A stretch of DNA of 64,000 nucleotides, from the NCBI GenBank assembly GCA_036785375.1, contig JAWMAR010000027.1:10602001-10666000 (forward strand), given 5' to 3'. Origin of the DNA: Leucoraja ocellata. Taxonomy: Eukaryota. The translations under genes and the position numbers were made by a program. Position 1 is the stretch's first letter; each line of letters starts with the position of its first letter. The notes beneath the pieces were generated by a model, which saw only the letters and a program-made list of their open reading frames with translations, was not told the origin of the DNA and made no database searches. Positions 1 to 12,556 of this stretch are shown here, one piece after another.

Positions 1-730
1 CACTGATTTGACTGTTAGACGGCAAAAGGTGTGCGTAACAAAGCAGCGCAACAATCAGAAGGACACAGGAGACTGCAGATGCTGGAGCCTTGAGTAAAAA
101 ACAGTGCTGGAGGAATTCAGCAAGTCAGACAGCATTTGTGCAAGGAAACAGATAGACAGGGGTGGTTTGGGTTTGGACTCTTCTTCAGACTTTCAGTTCA
201 GAAGGACAGCAGCCACTCTGTGTAAATTTAGATTTGCAAAGTGAAGGCCGAGGGACCCAGGACTTGGAGCTTGGTGATGAGTTTGGAGGGGATGATAGCG
301 CTAAATGCTGAGCTGTAAACGATGAACTTGTGACTTGTGCTCTCCTGTTATACAGCCATTTTAATGGCAAAATGGTGGCCCTGTGAAATGGCATCTGCTG
401 TCAATATGAACTTTGGCTACATAATGCAATGTATTGGCAACTGTATTTGCAACTTTTCTTACATGCACTGTAACATGTCTACGTTTGCTGAGATGTGATT
501 TTCACTGACTGCCTAAGTTATACAAAATATAGTCAAGCCCATGAATTACTTTGCCACTTGGACGAAACATAACCGAGGCCAAACATTGTGCACAGGAGAC
601 TATTAAAGCATTCTGGATGTTATTAATTTACTAAAAAGATAAGATACAAGAGAATATGAAACTAAAAAATGATTAAAAATAAGATAAAATGATTCTCAGC
701 AAATGCTAAACAATTATGAAATCTTGCCTT

Positions 731-1520
731 AGAAACATAGAAAATAGGTTCCAGGAAGAGGCCATTCGGCCCTTCGAGCCAGCACCGCCATTCATTGTGA
801 TCATGGCTGATCGTCCCCTATCAATAACCCATGCCTTCCTTCTCCCCATATCCCTTGACACCACTAGCCCCTAGAGCTCTATCTAACTTTCTCTTAAATC
901 CATCCAGTAATTTGGCCTCCACTGCCCTCTGTGGCAGGGAATTCTATACATTCACAACTCTCTGGGTGAAAATGTTTTTTCTCACCTCAGTTTTAAATAA
1001 CCTCCCCTTTATTCTAAGACTGTGGCCCCTAGTTCTGGACTCGCCCAACATTGGGAACATTTTTCCTGCATCTCGCTTGTCCAGTCCTTTTATAATTTTA
1101 TATGTTTCTATAAGACTCCCCCTCATCCTTCTAAACTCCAATGAATACAAGCCTAGTCTTTTCAATCTTTCCTCATGTGACAGTCCCGCCATCCCATGGA
1201 TCAATCTTGTGAACCAACGCTGCACTGCCTCAATCACAAGGATGTTCTTCCTCAAATTAGGAGACCAAAACTGTACACAATATTCCAGATGCTGTCTCAC
1301 CAGAGCCCTATACAACTGCAGAAGAACCTCTTTACTCCTATATTGACATCCTCTTGTCATGAAGGCCAACATTCCATTAGCTTTCTTCACTGCCTGCACG
1401 CCAACTTTCAGTGACCGGTGTACAAGGACACCCAGGTCTCGCTGCACCTCCCCCTTACCTAACCTAACCCCATTGAGATAATAATTTGCCGCCTTGTTTT
1501 TGCCGCCAAAGTGGATAACC
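731..1520 (-). mobile_element. CR1-clade LINE (HER1-like), 5'-truncated 3' fragment
   Basis: ORF2 C-terminus (LYRALVRQHLEYCVQFWSP, LGLYSLEFRRMRG, TRGHSLRI) and a TTTCTATG-type tail at 731. Confidence 0.92.
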
Positions 1521-1574
1521 TTAAAGAGGTGTTGTCATCTCATTCAAACAAAAAAGTTTAAATGAGAACACAAT

Positions 1575-1680
1575 TATGTCAAGTCAATTTTATTTCTATA
1601 GCACATTTTAAAACAACTCTCGATGGGAAGAGGGTTGCTGTTCCATAGTCTAGGTGCTGCAACCGCAAAGCAGTTAGCAC
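1575..1680 (-). mobile_element. L2-type LINE 3' fragment
   Basis: FAVAAPRLWNS motif typical of the L2 ORF2 end, followed by a tgctatagaaataaaattgacttgac-type tail. Confidence 0.6.
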
Positions 1681-3292
1681 TGTGGTCACTGCAATCAAAC
1701 TGAGCAGTGTGTAAACTGGTCAGTGACTCAACAACTGGATTTACAAGATAGATTGCTCCAATCTTAGAGTAATCTCCACAGCAGTAGTTGTACTTCATTA
1801 ATTAGTCAGGGTTTGTTTTTGTTTTTTAAGCAAAACATCATGCAAACTGCAGCCTTGGCAAAAATCAATCAGACTTTTACAAACCATGTAAACCCAAGTT
1901 TAATTACCGAGTCTGAACGAAAGATTTATCACTCATTGGAAAATTGTGAAATGTTCCCATTTCCTGAAAGATGCACATTTTTGGCAGCAACTAATAGATC
2001 ACAACATTATAGTCCACATCTTTCTTCAGGATTTTCACAGAATCATTGATTTGTCAATATCCTGTCACTGGTGCGGGGACAATTATTTACCAAGCAGCAT
2101 AGCCAAAGCAGGTTACTTTACTGCTGCCTGCAATGTCCATTACTCGTACCGACAGAAACCGTGAAGCTGACAAGAGTGTCCTCAATCACAGAGTAGCTTT
2201 TCCACAGAGAACAGTTGCCTCTTCACATCTTCCTTTCGGAGTAATGGACATAAAAATGCACATCACCGCAATCCATAGAACACTTATAAGTTTTCTTATG
2301 ACCACAATATTCATTTGCCCTGGTCACAATGAAAGCTTGTAATTGGAATTTTATTTGTACCCTTTTCAGGATTTATTGTTGGATGTTTTGTGTAATTCTC
2401 ATCACAAAATATGCAGAAAAGCCTCAAAAAGGTAATAAACTGCACCTTTCAAATGAGTAATAGACAACACAAATGTGCAAAGAGCTGTTTACAACATTAT
2501 CTTTCTCAACTCTACTGACTAATTTTCCATTTTCCTTCTCATAAAGAAAAAAATCTTCCAATCATGATGCCCCCATTTTAAACATTTAAGACTGACATGT
2601 GATTTGCAAATATAATCCAAATTGTGGAAAGAAATATCTTTTATTTCCTGATGCATGAAACAAATTGCACCTCTGCCAAACAACATTGTTTTTTGAAAAA
2701 CAGAGGTTATTAGCAAGATGACACAAAGTGCTGGAGTGCCTCAGTGAGTCAGGAAGCATCTCTGGAAAATATGGATAGGTAGATTCAGGTCGGGACCCTT
2801 CTTCAGATTTTGTAAACCAGTAACTGCAGTGCCATGTTACTACTCTTGTTATTAAGCTGTATGTTCACATTGCTGACTAAGAGTCATTTTCAGAGCTCAT
2901 TTTCTACACGCCATTCACACTCAAATGGTTTTCTGGTGCATCATCAGAGGCAATTAAATTTAGCTACTCTGGCTAATGACTGAGGGAAAATCAAAAGAAA
3001 ATATTCCCAACAGTCTGCATTAAATACAGATTTGAAGAAAGGTTTCGAACTCCATTTGTTTCGTAATGAGAGATATACACAAAACACGAGTAAATCTTTA
3101 AACACTCTTACAATTTGGTGTGTTTCTCTAATGTTCCAGTCCTTATTCCCGAGACAAATAAAGATGAATCTCACATTACTGAACTTCAAAGCAGAAACGC
3201 AGGTTACCTTTGTCGGACCATCTCTACTTCCATTCTTTAAATCTCTGCAGTTTTTTCAGAAATCTTTTTTTCCCTCCACTTTTTATCCACTA

Positions 3293-3529
3293 ATGCCCTG
3301 TCCCACTTAGGAAACCTGAACGGAAACCTCTGGAGACTTTGCGCCCCACCCAAGGTTTCTGTGCAGTTCCCGGAGGTTGCAGGTGGTTCCCGGAGGTCGG
3401 AGGTAGTGGAAGCATGTAGGGAGACTGACAAAAACCTCCAGGAACCTCCGGGAACCGCAGGGAAACCTTGGGTGGGGCACAAAGTCTCCAGAGGTTTCCG
3501 TTCAGGTTTACTAAGTGGGACAGGGGCAT
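3293..3529. mobile_element. Palindromic MITE (237 bp) flanked by TA
   Basis: Near-perfect terminal inverted repeats of about 90 bp (ATGCCCTGTCCCACTTAGGAAACCTGAACGGAAACCTCTGGAGACTTTG... / ...CAAAGTCTCCAGAGGTTTCCGTTCAGGTTTACTAAGTGGGACAGGGGCAT), with TA at 3291-3292 and 3530-3531. Confidence 0.88.
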
Positions 3530-4304
3530 TACTTTGCTTTTTACAGATTGCATTTAATGCAATCACCATTAGAGGAGGTAAATGCCAATTGCTCAATCGT
3601 CAAGAGTGTTTTATTGTCATGTCCTGAAACGGAACAATGAAATTCTCACTTGCACTTACAACAGATATATAAACATGCTACACTTTAAAACCAATAATAC
3701 AAAAAGTTATATTTAAACCAAACAATTAAATAACACCATGAAACCATGGGTAAATATCAAAACCATGTTAGTTTTTTTTTTGTCACATGTTTTGGCAGCA
3801 TGTTTGGATTGCATGCACACGCTAAACCTCTCTATTTCTCTCTTCTCAAGTATGCTAGTTAATACAAAGTTTGATCAAATGTTTGGTTGCTCCTCTTCAT
3901 GGAATAAATCTTCCAATGGTCAGATGGCCAGCAGTCACTCTTACAGTGATTGCCACTCAGACCTTTCTTACTGTGATGGCTGGAAATAGATGCAAGTGTT
4001 CATCAGGTTAACATGGCATTTGGGTTCAACCAATCTATCAGAGCCTCCACAACAACACCCAACCCACCAGAGTTTTGTACTGTAATTTACTGCCTTTTGG
4101 CTGTCTTCCACTGAAACATATTGAATCTGAAAACATTGATCACACCTCTAGAGTTTTCATTCCTTTACTTTTCCTTCAGGAATAGCATGAAGAACAGACA
4201 TACCCAGGCTGATCTGCCCTTTTCAGCATTTACATTAATGTATTCTGACATTCATTTCACAGCATAGCTGCTACATGAGAGTCAGTTATCAGCAATTTAT
4301 CATG

Positions 4305-4430
4305 TAGGAAGGAGCTACAGATGCTGGTTTAAGTCTGAAGAAGGGTCTCGAACCGAAGTCACCGATTCCCTCTCTCCAGATATATGCTGCCCGTCCCGCT
4401 GAGTTACTCCAGCATTTTGTGTCTATCACA
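4305..4430 (+). mobile_element. Penelope-like element terminal-repeat fragment with hammerhead-like motif
   Basis: AGTCTGAAGAAGGGTCTCGAACCGAAGTCACC...CCCGCTGAGTTACTCCAGCATTTTGTGTC. The same module recurs more than 10 times in the window, sometimes joined to PLE body sequence. Confidence 0.7.
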
Positions 4431-5324
4431 ATTTTATCGTTGCCTAGTCCCCATTTAATGCAAGCATCCTTCCATTGCTCTAAGTGAAACACACCCATTC
4501 ATTCCTCACTTACTGTACATAGTCACCAATTTCAGTGATCTTACAAATTATTCAGTTACAATCTGAAATATCACATATCACATAGAAACAAAGACTTCCT
4601 TTTCTCCAGAGTTGCTGCCTGACCCGCTAAGTTACTCCAGCAATTTGTGTCCATCTCAAGTATATAATTTGTTTTGAAATAACAGGATATGAACAAGCTG
4701 CTGATACGCACAACTTGGAATTCTGATTGTTTCATAAATTACTCACACTTGGACATCACAATTGACAAGAACAGAATGTGTTACTTGATTACAACATTGC
4801 AACACACTCCAACCCAATGGCCAATTTTAGCTATCTAATTACATACACTATATAATTCCTGGATACGCACAACATATTTTCTGTTTGAACCCATTGCTAG
4901 CATGATTAATTCTATGTTTTGTTAGCAAAAATATAGCTTAGCCAATCCATTCACAATTCCAACAGCTCTGACAGGGAAGAAACTATTCATTTTTTGGATT
5001 AAAATAAATAGAATATTCACGTGTACTACTTTCTCCATAACGCCTTGTAAATGTCACTCTCCAAATGAAGAGAACTTGTGATTTGAGTTCTAGACCGAGC
5101 AGAACATTGGAAATAATCATTTAAACAAACATTTTTTTAATTGAATCCCCGCACGACATATGCTAAATCAAATACAGTTGGGATATACCAATCATATGTT
5201 TAATGTGAAGCAGTGGAGGCTCGATGGACCAAATGGCCTCCTCCTGCACCTATTTTCTATGTTTCACTGCAGGGCTACTGTAATCAACAGTGCCAATTCT
5301 AAACTGGCATCCACAGATACACTG

Positions 5325-5695
5325 TGCAAATGCTGGTTTAAACCGAAGATAGACACAAATAGCCGGAGTACCTCACAGATGGAAAGGTTGACGCTTCAGG
5401 TTGAGACCCTTCTTCAGACCAAAGATACTAGAGCTCCTCTAGTATCTTTGCTTCAGACTAGTTAGGGAAAAGGGAAACGAGAGATATAGACGGTGATGTG
5501 GAGAGATAAAGAACAATGAATGAAAGATATGTAAAAAAGTACCAATGATAAAAAAAACCTTTTCCCAGGTGAAAACAAGAAACTGGTGCGATTTGGTGAG
5601 GGAGGGATAGAGAGAGAGGGAATGCGAGGGCTACCTAAAGTGAGAGAATTCAATATTCATACCACTGGGCTGTAAGCTGCCCAAGCGAAATATGA
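5325..5695 (-). mobile_element. Penelope-like element 3' end (ORF end, pyrimidine-rich UTR, terminal repeat)
   Basis: Terminal-repeat module at 5325-5460 is contiguous with body sequence also seen at 8335, 44560-44958, 59525 and 63370-63712. Confidence 0.7.
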
Positions 5696-5830
5696 GAAAG
5701 TGTGGGAGGAAACCGGAGCACCCAGAGAAAACCCACATGGTCACACAGAGAAGATACCCAGAATCAGGATTGAACCTGGGTCTCTGGCACTGTAAGGCAA
5801 CAACTCTACTGCTGTGCCACCGTGTCGCCC
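5696..5830 (-). mobile_element. tRNA-derived V-SINE (HE1-like), 5' part
   Basis: tRNA-like head with B-box GGTTCAATCC and the V-domain TGGGTTTTCTCTGGGTGCTCCGGTTTCCTCCCACA. Confidence 0.8.
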
Positions 5831-6774
5831 CTTCTCAAGATTCGCCCATTGTTCTGGAGATTATTTCAGGCACACAAGACCTGAACCTTGGTATACTCCA
5901 TCATTTCACAAAAAAATGCATGAATTAATTGACACTCTGATTTCCTGACCCTGCATCTTGAAACACTGCCCTCTAATACATTAAGTATAAAAGTAGGACA
6001 CACCAATTGCTGCATCAAGATTACCAGACCATATCTGAAGCTGCAGGGATGATTTGGCTTCACAATTGCATTTATCTTCAAACTCTCTTTGATTTTGGTC
6101 TCTTAACAATTAAAGCCACTTTGCAACCCATCTGTTCCCATTACAACGACATCTAGCTGATCCCTGCTGCTACACTATTTATCATGGAAAACATGATTTC
6201 AACCACAGAGTTACAAATTTTACAAGTCGTGCCAATCGATATTCTGAACAACAAGCATTGAACCCTGTCCATTTTTCACAAGGAAAGTCTATTGTTGTTT
6301 CCTTGGCCTCCTGATGAGAAACAGCAAAGCAACTTAATTAATGCTTTTGTTGTTGAACTCAGAAACAGATATTTACTACAAAATAGTTAAGGAAATTAAT
6401 AACTTGAATAGACTCGGTGAAGATTCTTTCTGTGGGGAGTGAATAATAAGAACAGATTTACTGTTTTGATTCATCACATGCATAAAGATAAACCCAACTC
6501 CATTCTCAATTTAACACTTTACAGAAACCAGGTAATGCTCCCAGAGTTTGTGCCATGTAACTGGTGTCCATGATCAAGCATTGACAGTACACCATTTTAA
6601 TAAGCTCTGTGGCAATGACACACGAGCCACTGCTGCCTTCACTGATCCAATATTCACATTTCCAGCTAACAACAATGGATACAACTTATGAATAGTCCTA
6701 AAGATGAGAGAAAGACTTGTTAGATAAAAAAGTATCGGGTGATAAAAGTGGGCGATATAGTAACGAAACGGCAC

Positions 6775-6936
6775 TGAGTTTGTACATTCTCCTCGTGATC
6801 TGCGTGGGTTTTCTCCAGAGGCTCCACACTACAAAGATGTGTAGGTTTGTTGGCTAATTGGCTTCGGTAAAATTGTCAGCGTGGACTCGCTGGGCCAAAG
6901 GGCCCGTTTCCATGCTGTATCCCTAAACTAAACTAA
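6775..6936 (+). mobile_element. V-SINE (HE1-like), 3' part
   Basis: GTGGGTTTTCTCC core, CR1-like 3' end GGGCCAAAGGGCCCGTTTCCATGCTGTATC and a (CTAAA)n tail. Confidence 0.75.
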
Positions 6937-7104
6937 AAAAGTGGTTTTCCAGTCATTGTAACCAACATTATTTCAATTAATAGTTTGGTTAATAGTTTAA
7001 CTTAACTGATGGTTTCACTTTGTTGATAGTTTAACTTAGTAGAGTTTCATGGTTTACAGATTAAGTGTACAGATTAACAGTTTTCAGTTTATGGTTAACA
7101 GTTT

Positions 7105-7345
7105 AGCTTAGTTTAGAGATATAACAGTTCCTTTGGCCCACCAAGTCTACGCCGACCAACAATTACCTGTACATTGTTCAATCCTACACACTAGGGACAA
7201 TTTACAGAAGCTACAAACCTGCACATCTTTGGAGTGTAGGTGGAAACCCACGTGATCACAGGGCAAACTCCACACAGACAGCACCCACAGTGAGGATTAA
7301 ACCAGCGTCTCTGGCGTTGTGAGGCAGCAGCTCTACCGCTGTACC
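7105..7345 (-). mobile_element. V-SINE (HE1-like)
   Basis: Near full-length reverse copy of the SINE at 61490-61772. Confidence 0.78.
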
Positions 7346-8088
7346 ACAAGTTACAAGTTACTTGTCTGTGATACCTTTGCCACAAGTATTTAAAATTGTG
7401 CTGCCATAAAGTATGCAGCTATAAGCTTGATACATTTAATAAAATTTGTCACGGGAAGTATGATGTCAAACATATTTTTATGATCTATCACAGGGACAGC
7501 TGAACAATGGAAACTTACAAATTATTGCAAAAACTGTGAGAAAGCAAAGGCCGTCTCTTCACGTCGCAACCAAAATGCATTGAATGTATCGAGCGTCGGC
7601 AAGTCCGGTTGACCTGTATTTGTACACAGCACAAAATCCATGTGTCAAGGTTCATTATTCAAGTCGGCATCTGCTCCTGGTGAAGATTACTCATAATAAT
7701 TCTCATCAGAGAAGTTTCAAACATATTCACCTTTTTCAATCTTGATTTATATATAAATATAACTGGCATTCAGAATTAAAAGTTAGAACCTTTACTCGGG
7801 TTATTATAATATTTAAATAACCATACAAAGACAACAGGTTTTATAATAAGAGCTGTTTATTCCAGCAGTCACCTGCTAGAACATCTGGGCAGCCAGTTGC
7901 CAACATCAGGATACTCTTTCCTCGTTGTTGATACACATCTGTTTCTGAGCTGATGGGTTTATTTTGAGTTTCTTCGGTGCAATTAATACTTGCCTGGTGT
8001 AAACGCAACGCAAGCAGAAGGAAATATCACACAAACTTTTATCCATCCTCTCTCCAAGAACGTTTTAAATGCGCAAACGTGCACTTGT

Positions 8089-8175
8089 TTGAAGAAGGGT
8101 CTCAACCCGAAACGTCACCCATTTCTTCTCTCCAGAGATGCTGCCTGTCTCGCTGTTACTCCAGCTTTTTGTGGC
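8089..8175 (+). mobile_element. Penelope-like terminal-repeat fragment with hammerhead-like motif
   Basis: TTGAAGAAGGGTCTCAACCCGAAACGTCACCC followed by the shared module. Confidence 0.7.
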
Positions 8176-8334
8176 TATCTTCACTTTTGTTTAGATTGTG
8201 AGTTTTTAAGCCACAAATTCTTTCCCACTAAATTTATATTTATTAGATCAATGTAAAGAATCTTAGTGCGCACGGCAAGGCTGTGAAGTGCGGTAGATAT
8301 CCAAATATCATTGCCTTCAAGAAGCAGAAAACGG

Positions 8335-8890
8335 TATGAACATTGCATTCTTCAATTTCAAGTAATACCACCATATCCCGTCTCCCTTTTATCCCCCTCT
8401 CCGTCCCCTCCCACCGATATCCCTCCCTCTAGCTTTACATTTCATTCCTCTTCTCTCCTTATCTGACGCCCTTTTGCCTCCTTTATCATTGATTCCGCCT
8501 GTCATGGACTTCATCAACTTCACCACCAATTTTCATCCTGCACTCAAATTTACTTGGACCATCTGCGTCACCTTCCCCCCCCCCCCCTTTTCTTGATCTC
8601 AGTCTCCATCACAAGAAATAGACGATTGACTGACATCTATTACAAACCCACTGACTCCCACAACTATCTCGACTACACTTCTACCCATCCTGCTCCCAAT
8701 TCCTCCTTTCACTCTGCATCTGCGCCCAAGATGTGATGTTCCATACTAGAACATCCGAGATGTCCTCATTCTTTAGAGAACGGAGGTTCCACTCTCCCAT
8801 CATAGATGAGGCCCCCACTCGTGTTTCCTCGGTACCCCGTAGCTCCACCCTTGCTCCCCATCTCCCTAGTTGCAACAGAGACAGAGACGA
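8335..8890 (+). mobile_element. Penelope-like retroelement fragments including reverse transcriptase C-terminal region
   Basis: FINFTTNFHPALKFTWTI...LTDIYYKPTDSHNYLDYTSTHP is characteristic of PLE reverse transcriptases. Frameshifted. Confidence 0.85.
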
Positions 8891-9439
8891 GGAGCTTTAA
8901 GGCCTCCATGGTCATACATCTACAGATTCTGTGATAAAATCTTCTGCTGGATACTTCTATAACAAATACAATGTTAATCTTTGCTTGGATATATAGTTGT
9001 TGTTCAACGAGATATAGTATCCTTTAATATATAGAATTTCATCTGTGATTTCCCTAATGTTACACAGATTTTAAAAAGATCAATTCACCCTTTATTTAGA
9101 GAAAACAATAAATATGTGTCATCTCAAATCATTACATTTTACAGCATTGCACACCTTACACTCACATAGGTTAATAATCTCAAAGAACATCAGCCTCCTT
9201 AATGCACATCCCTCCTGCAAACACTGCATAAAAAGCACTCACATTTAATTTGCAGTCACTCAGGCCAACCAAAATGCTCTGCAGCTAATTAAGAACATTT
9301 GCAGCTTAAGAACTATTGTGACTTTGAAGTTTCAGATATAAAAGTCAATAGAAATGTAGGGCTAATCAAGGACTAAATAAAAATCCTTCTGGTTGCGCCA
9401 GGGGGCCATAGCTGAAGTACTAACTTCTGACTTTTTGTG

Positions 9440-9760
9440 TTTTATTTATTATCACTTGTACTGAGGTACAGTGAAAAGCTTTTGTAGCGTGCCATCCAGT
9501 CAACGGAAAGACCAAAAATGATTACAATCGAGGCATCAACAGTGTACAGATACGTGATCAAAGAGAATAACGTTTAGTGCCAGAGAAAGTCCAGTAAAGA
9601 CCAATTAAAGGTAGTCTGAGAGTCTCCAATGAGATAGATGTTGGCTCAGGACAGCAGTCGACGATTGGAGTGCGGTCCTGATCTACCATCTACCTCGCTG
9701 CGACACTCGAACTATCTTTAATAGGACTTTACCTTGCACCAAATGTTATTCCCTTTATCA
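9440..9760. mobile_element. Two opposed LINE 3'UTR fragments (probably Rex1/Babar-type)
   Basis: 9440-9640 is a minus-strand 3' end finishing in AATAAA. 9685-9760 is the same sequence in plus orientation. Confidence 0.55.
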
Positions 9761-10591
9761 ACTTAACAAAAGAGGAAGCTGAAAAAGTTGCAGTAAAGGG
9801 AGAAAAGTGCATATCAATTAGATAGGATTCAAATAGATAGAGATAATTAAATAATTGGCAGTGCTCAAATTGGAACAGTCCATTCTTAAAGGGTGCAAGG
9901 TTACTGAATTCACTTCACTATGGAAATAGCAGCAGCTCAATTCTCATCCTTAGTCCACAATTGTTCAAGCCTCTTTAGATATAGAAATATGTCAAATGAT
10001 GAAATTGCCAGAATCCAGTTCAAAAATGGGAGAAGGATAAATCGTAACTGAAGAATCAGTAGTGAAGCTTCTGGATACACAAGAGCAATATTAATTGTCA
10101 CTTGTAAAAACCATACTTTATATATATATAGCAGTCACTAGGAAGAGGTTAAAGGTAAACTGTTTTACTAAATTGATTGAGTTATTTGATTAACTGGTAG
10201 AATGCAAGGCAGTGCATGATAAACTTCACACAGGCTTCCAATAGCTCTTAGTAAATCACCACATAATAGATTTCTTAACACAATTGAAGGCACTGGGATT
10301 TAAGGAACATTGCAGTTGAACACAATGTAGAAAGGAAAAGAAAAGAGTTATGGAGACACAAAAGACTGCATTAACTGGAATCTGGGCAACACATAAACCA
10401 CTGGAAGAACTCAGCAGGTCAAACAGTATATGCGGAGGTGAATGGATAGTCAATGATGATTTAGGTTGATCATGATTTAATCCTGCATCAGGACTGGGAA
10501 GGTAGAGAGAAACCAGCTAATATATAGAAGGATATAGGGAGGTTGGAACACAGAGATTGGTAGATGATGGTTGGAACAAGATGAATAATGG

Positions 10592-10930
10592 TAATAATAA
10601 TAATAATAATAATAATACTGTATTGATCCCCTCGAGGAAATTCAGATGTCCAGAAGCCAACAACCAACAAACCCACACATTCAGAATGAAAACAGACAAA
10701 AAATACATAAAATACAATATGGACAATACCTGAAAGCAATAAATACTTAAAAAGACCCAATAATTAACTATTAAAAAAGCAAAGCAGCCCCATACAGCCT
10801 AGCGGTCAGTATTATAAAATCTAATGGCTGCAGGGGTGAAAGATCTCCTGAACCGCTCTGTTCTACAGCGCAGGGAGAGGAGCCGGTTGTTGTTCCGTGG
10901 GATCTTTTGACCCTCCAGAGTTTCATGAAG
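10592..10930 (-). mobile_element. LINE 3' end (Rex1/Babar-like) with (TAA)n microsatellite tail
   Basis: (TAA)n at 10592-10617 next to an AATTTCCTCGAGGGGATCAATACAG end, which resembles the 3' end of the Rex1-type copy at 50961. Confidence 0.55.
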
Positions 10931-11329
10931 CAGGGATTAGGGGCAGATGCAAACAGGTTGGGGAAGGAGAAGTAAGGGCTAAGGGATAAGAAACTCAAGT
11001 AGATTGTTATGTGGCTGATGAGAGAAGGGGTAGAAAAAGTGAACGAAAGGAGAGAGACTCCGGGGGGACTAGTGGTCTAGGAACTGTGTTATCCTGCAGA
11101 TGTGGAAAGCTCAACTGCTGCCAAGTATGGGCTGTGGACCAGCAGGTTAGTGGGCTGGCTCCAGGACAATCTGACCCCATATATTTATTGCACCTGCTCT
11201 TGCAATGCCCCAGTGCCTGGATACAGGACTTCTATGTGTAAGATTTGGAAATAAATTAATTGGCTAAAAAATCACTGCCTTGAACAGAGAACTTGATCAA
11301 AAGCAGTTTCTAAATGACTAAATATAAAA

Positions 11330-11715
11330 GACAATAGGTGCAGGAGTAGGTCATTCGACCCTTCGAGCCAGCACGGCCATTCACTGTGATCATCGCTGAT
11401 CATCCACAATCAGTACCCCGTTCCTGCCTTCTCAGCATATCCCTTGACTCTGCTATCTTTAAGAGCTCTATCTAACTCTCTCTTGAAAGCATCCAGAGAA
11501 TTGGCCTCCACTGCCTTCTGAGGCAGAGAATTCCACTGAATCACAACTCTCTGGGTGAAATTTTTTTTTCCACATCTCTATTCGACATGGCCAACCCCTT
11601 ATTCTTAAACTGTGGCCCCTGGTTCTGGACTCCCTAAACATCAAGAACATGCCTCTAGCATGTCCAATACCTTAATAACTTATTTCAATAAGATATCCTC
11701 TCATCCTTCTAAATG
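11330..11715 (-). mobile_element. CR1 LINE 3' fragment
   Basis: ESRTRGHSLRIRG, and 3'UTR shared with 731-1520. Confidence 0.88.
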
Positions 11716-12556
11716 TAATGCAATCTCGTGGACATCCATTAACCTGAATCTGCAGTAGTTTCCACTTTAAAAAAAAAAATCATTTACGTTTAACAGTTCC
11801 ACAAAAATTAATGTTGTCATACTCTGAATTAATTCACTACATCAAGTCTGCAAATTAGGCAAATCTACACAAGTATTTCTAAGAAAACATTTGATTTGAA
11901 GTATTCAACAACTGTTATCCATGTTCTATATATATTATGACAAGCATATGCAAAAAAAAGTCATTTGTGTTCTAATTATTCTATTATTTTACCTCTTTTG
12001 GAATTTAAACATGCCAGGAGCTATATTCAATTACATAGTTCAATTTTGTGAAGTTATGTGGAAGAAAACATATTATTGTGCTGCAAGCTACAAAACCAAT
12101 TCGACGCTTAGCAGATTAAACAAGACGTTATCTGCAGCAACAGCAGTTATGCTTACCTGGAGGTGTCTTGCCTCCGGATAGCGCCATGGATGGGAAATTT
12201 AGCTAATGTGGAAATTATGAAAAAAGTGCAAATTGATGACTTGACGATGAAATTCATTTACAAAGTTATTTATATTAAATAGGTTGAAGCACATAAAAAA
12301 ATCTAATGAATCTCCAAATAATCCTTTCAACCACCTCATTTCAAAATGCAAAAAAGGTCATCACATCAAAAGGATGTAAAAATGGATCTCATTATTTCAA
12401 TGCAAATATGTCAAACCTCGTTAACACGCAAAACTGGATTGAAACACCAGAATTCAAATTACTACTTTGTTTAAAAAATAAGCAGTTCATAAACATGGTA
12501 TTACAAGTTGTGCACAATTGTACAACTCAAGTCTGATATTTTAAATGTGTCAGAAC

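Noticed and set aside
831-1346. 171-aa plus-strand ORF as a host gene
   Set aside because: Antisense frame of a CR1 ORF2 fragment. The same applies to 23666-24034 (CR1) and 51948-52391 (Rex1-type).
2185-2315. Minus-strand 42-aa ORF resembling a signal peptide (MNIVVIRKLISVLWIAVMCIFMSITPKGRCEEATVLCGKATL)
   Set aside because: It stops in frame with no convincing splice donor, and hydrophobic short ORFs are common in AT-rich DNA.
3237-3627. Mirror-image ORFs on opposite strands suggesting a gene pair
   Set aside because: Produced by the palindromic MITE.
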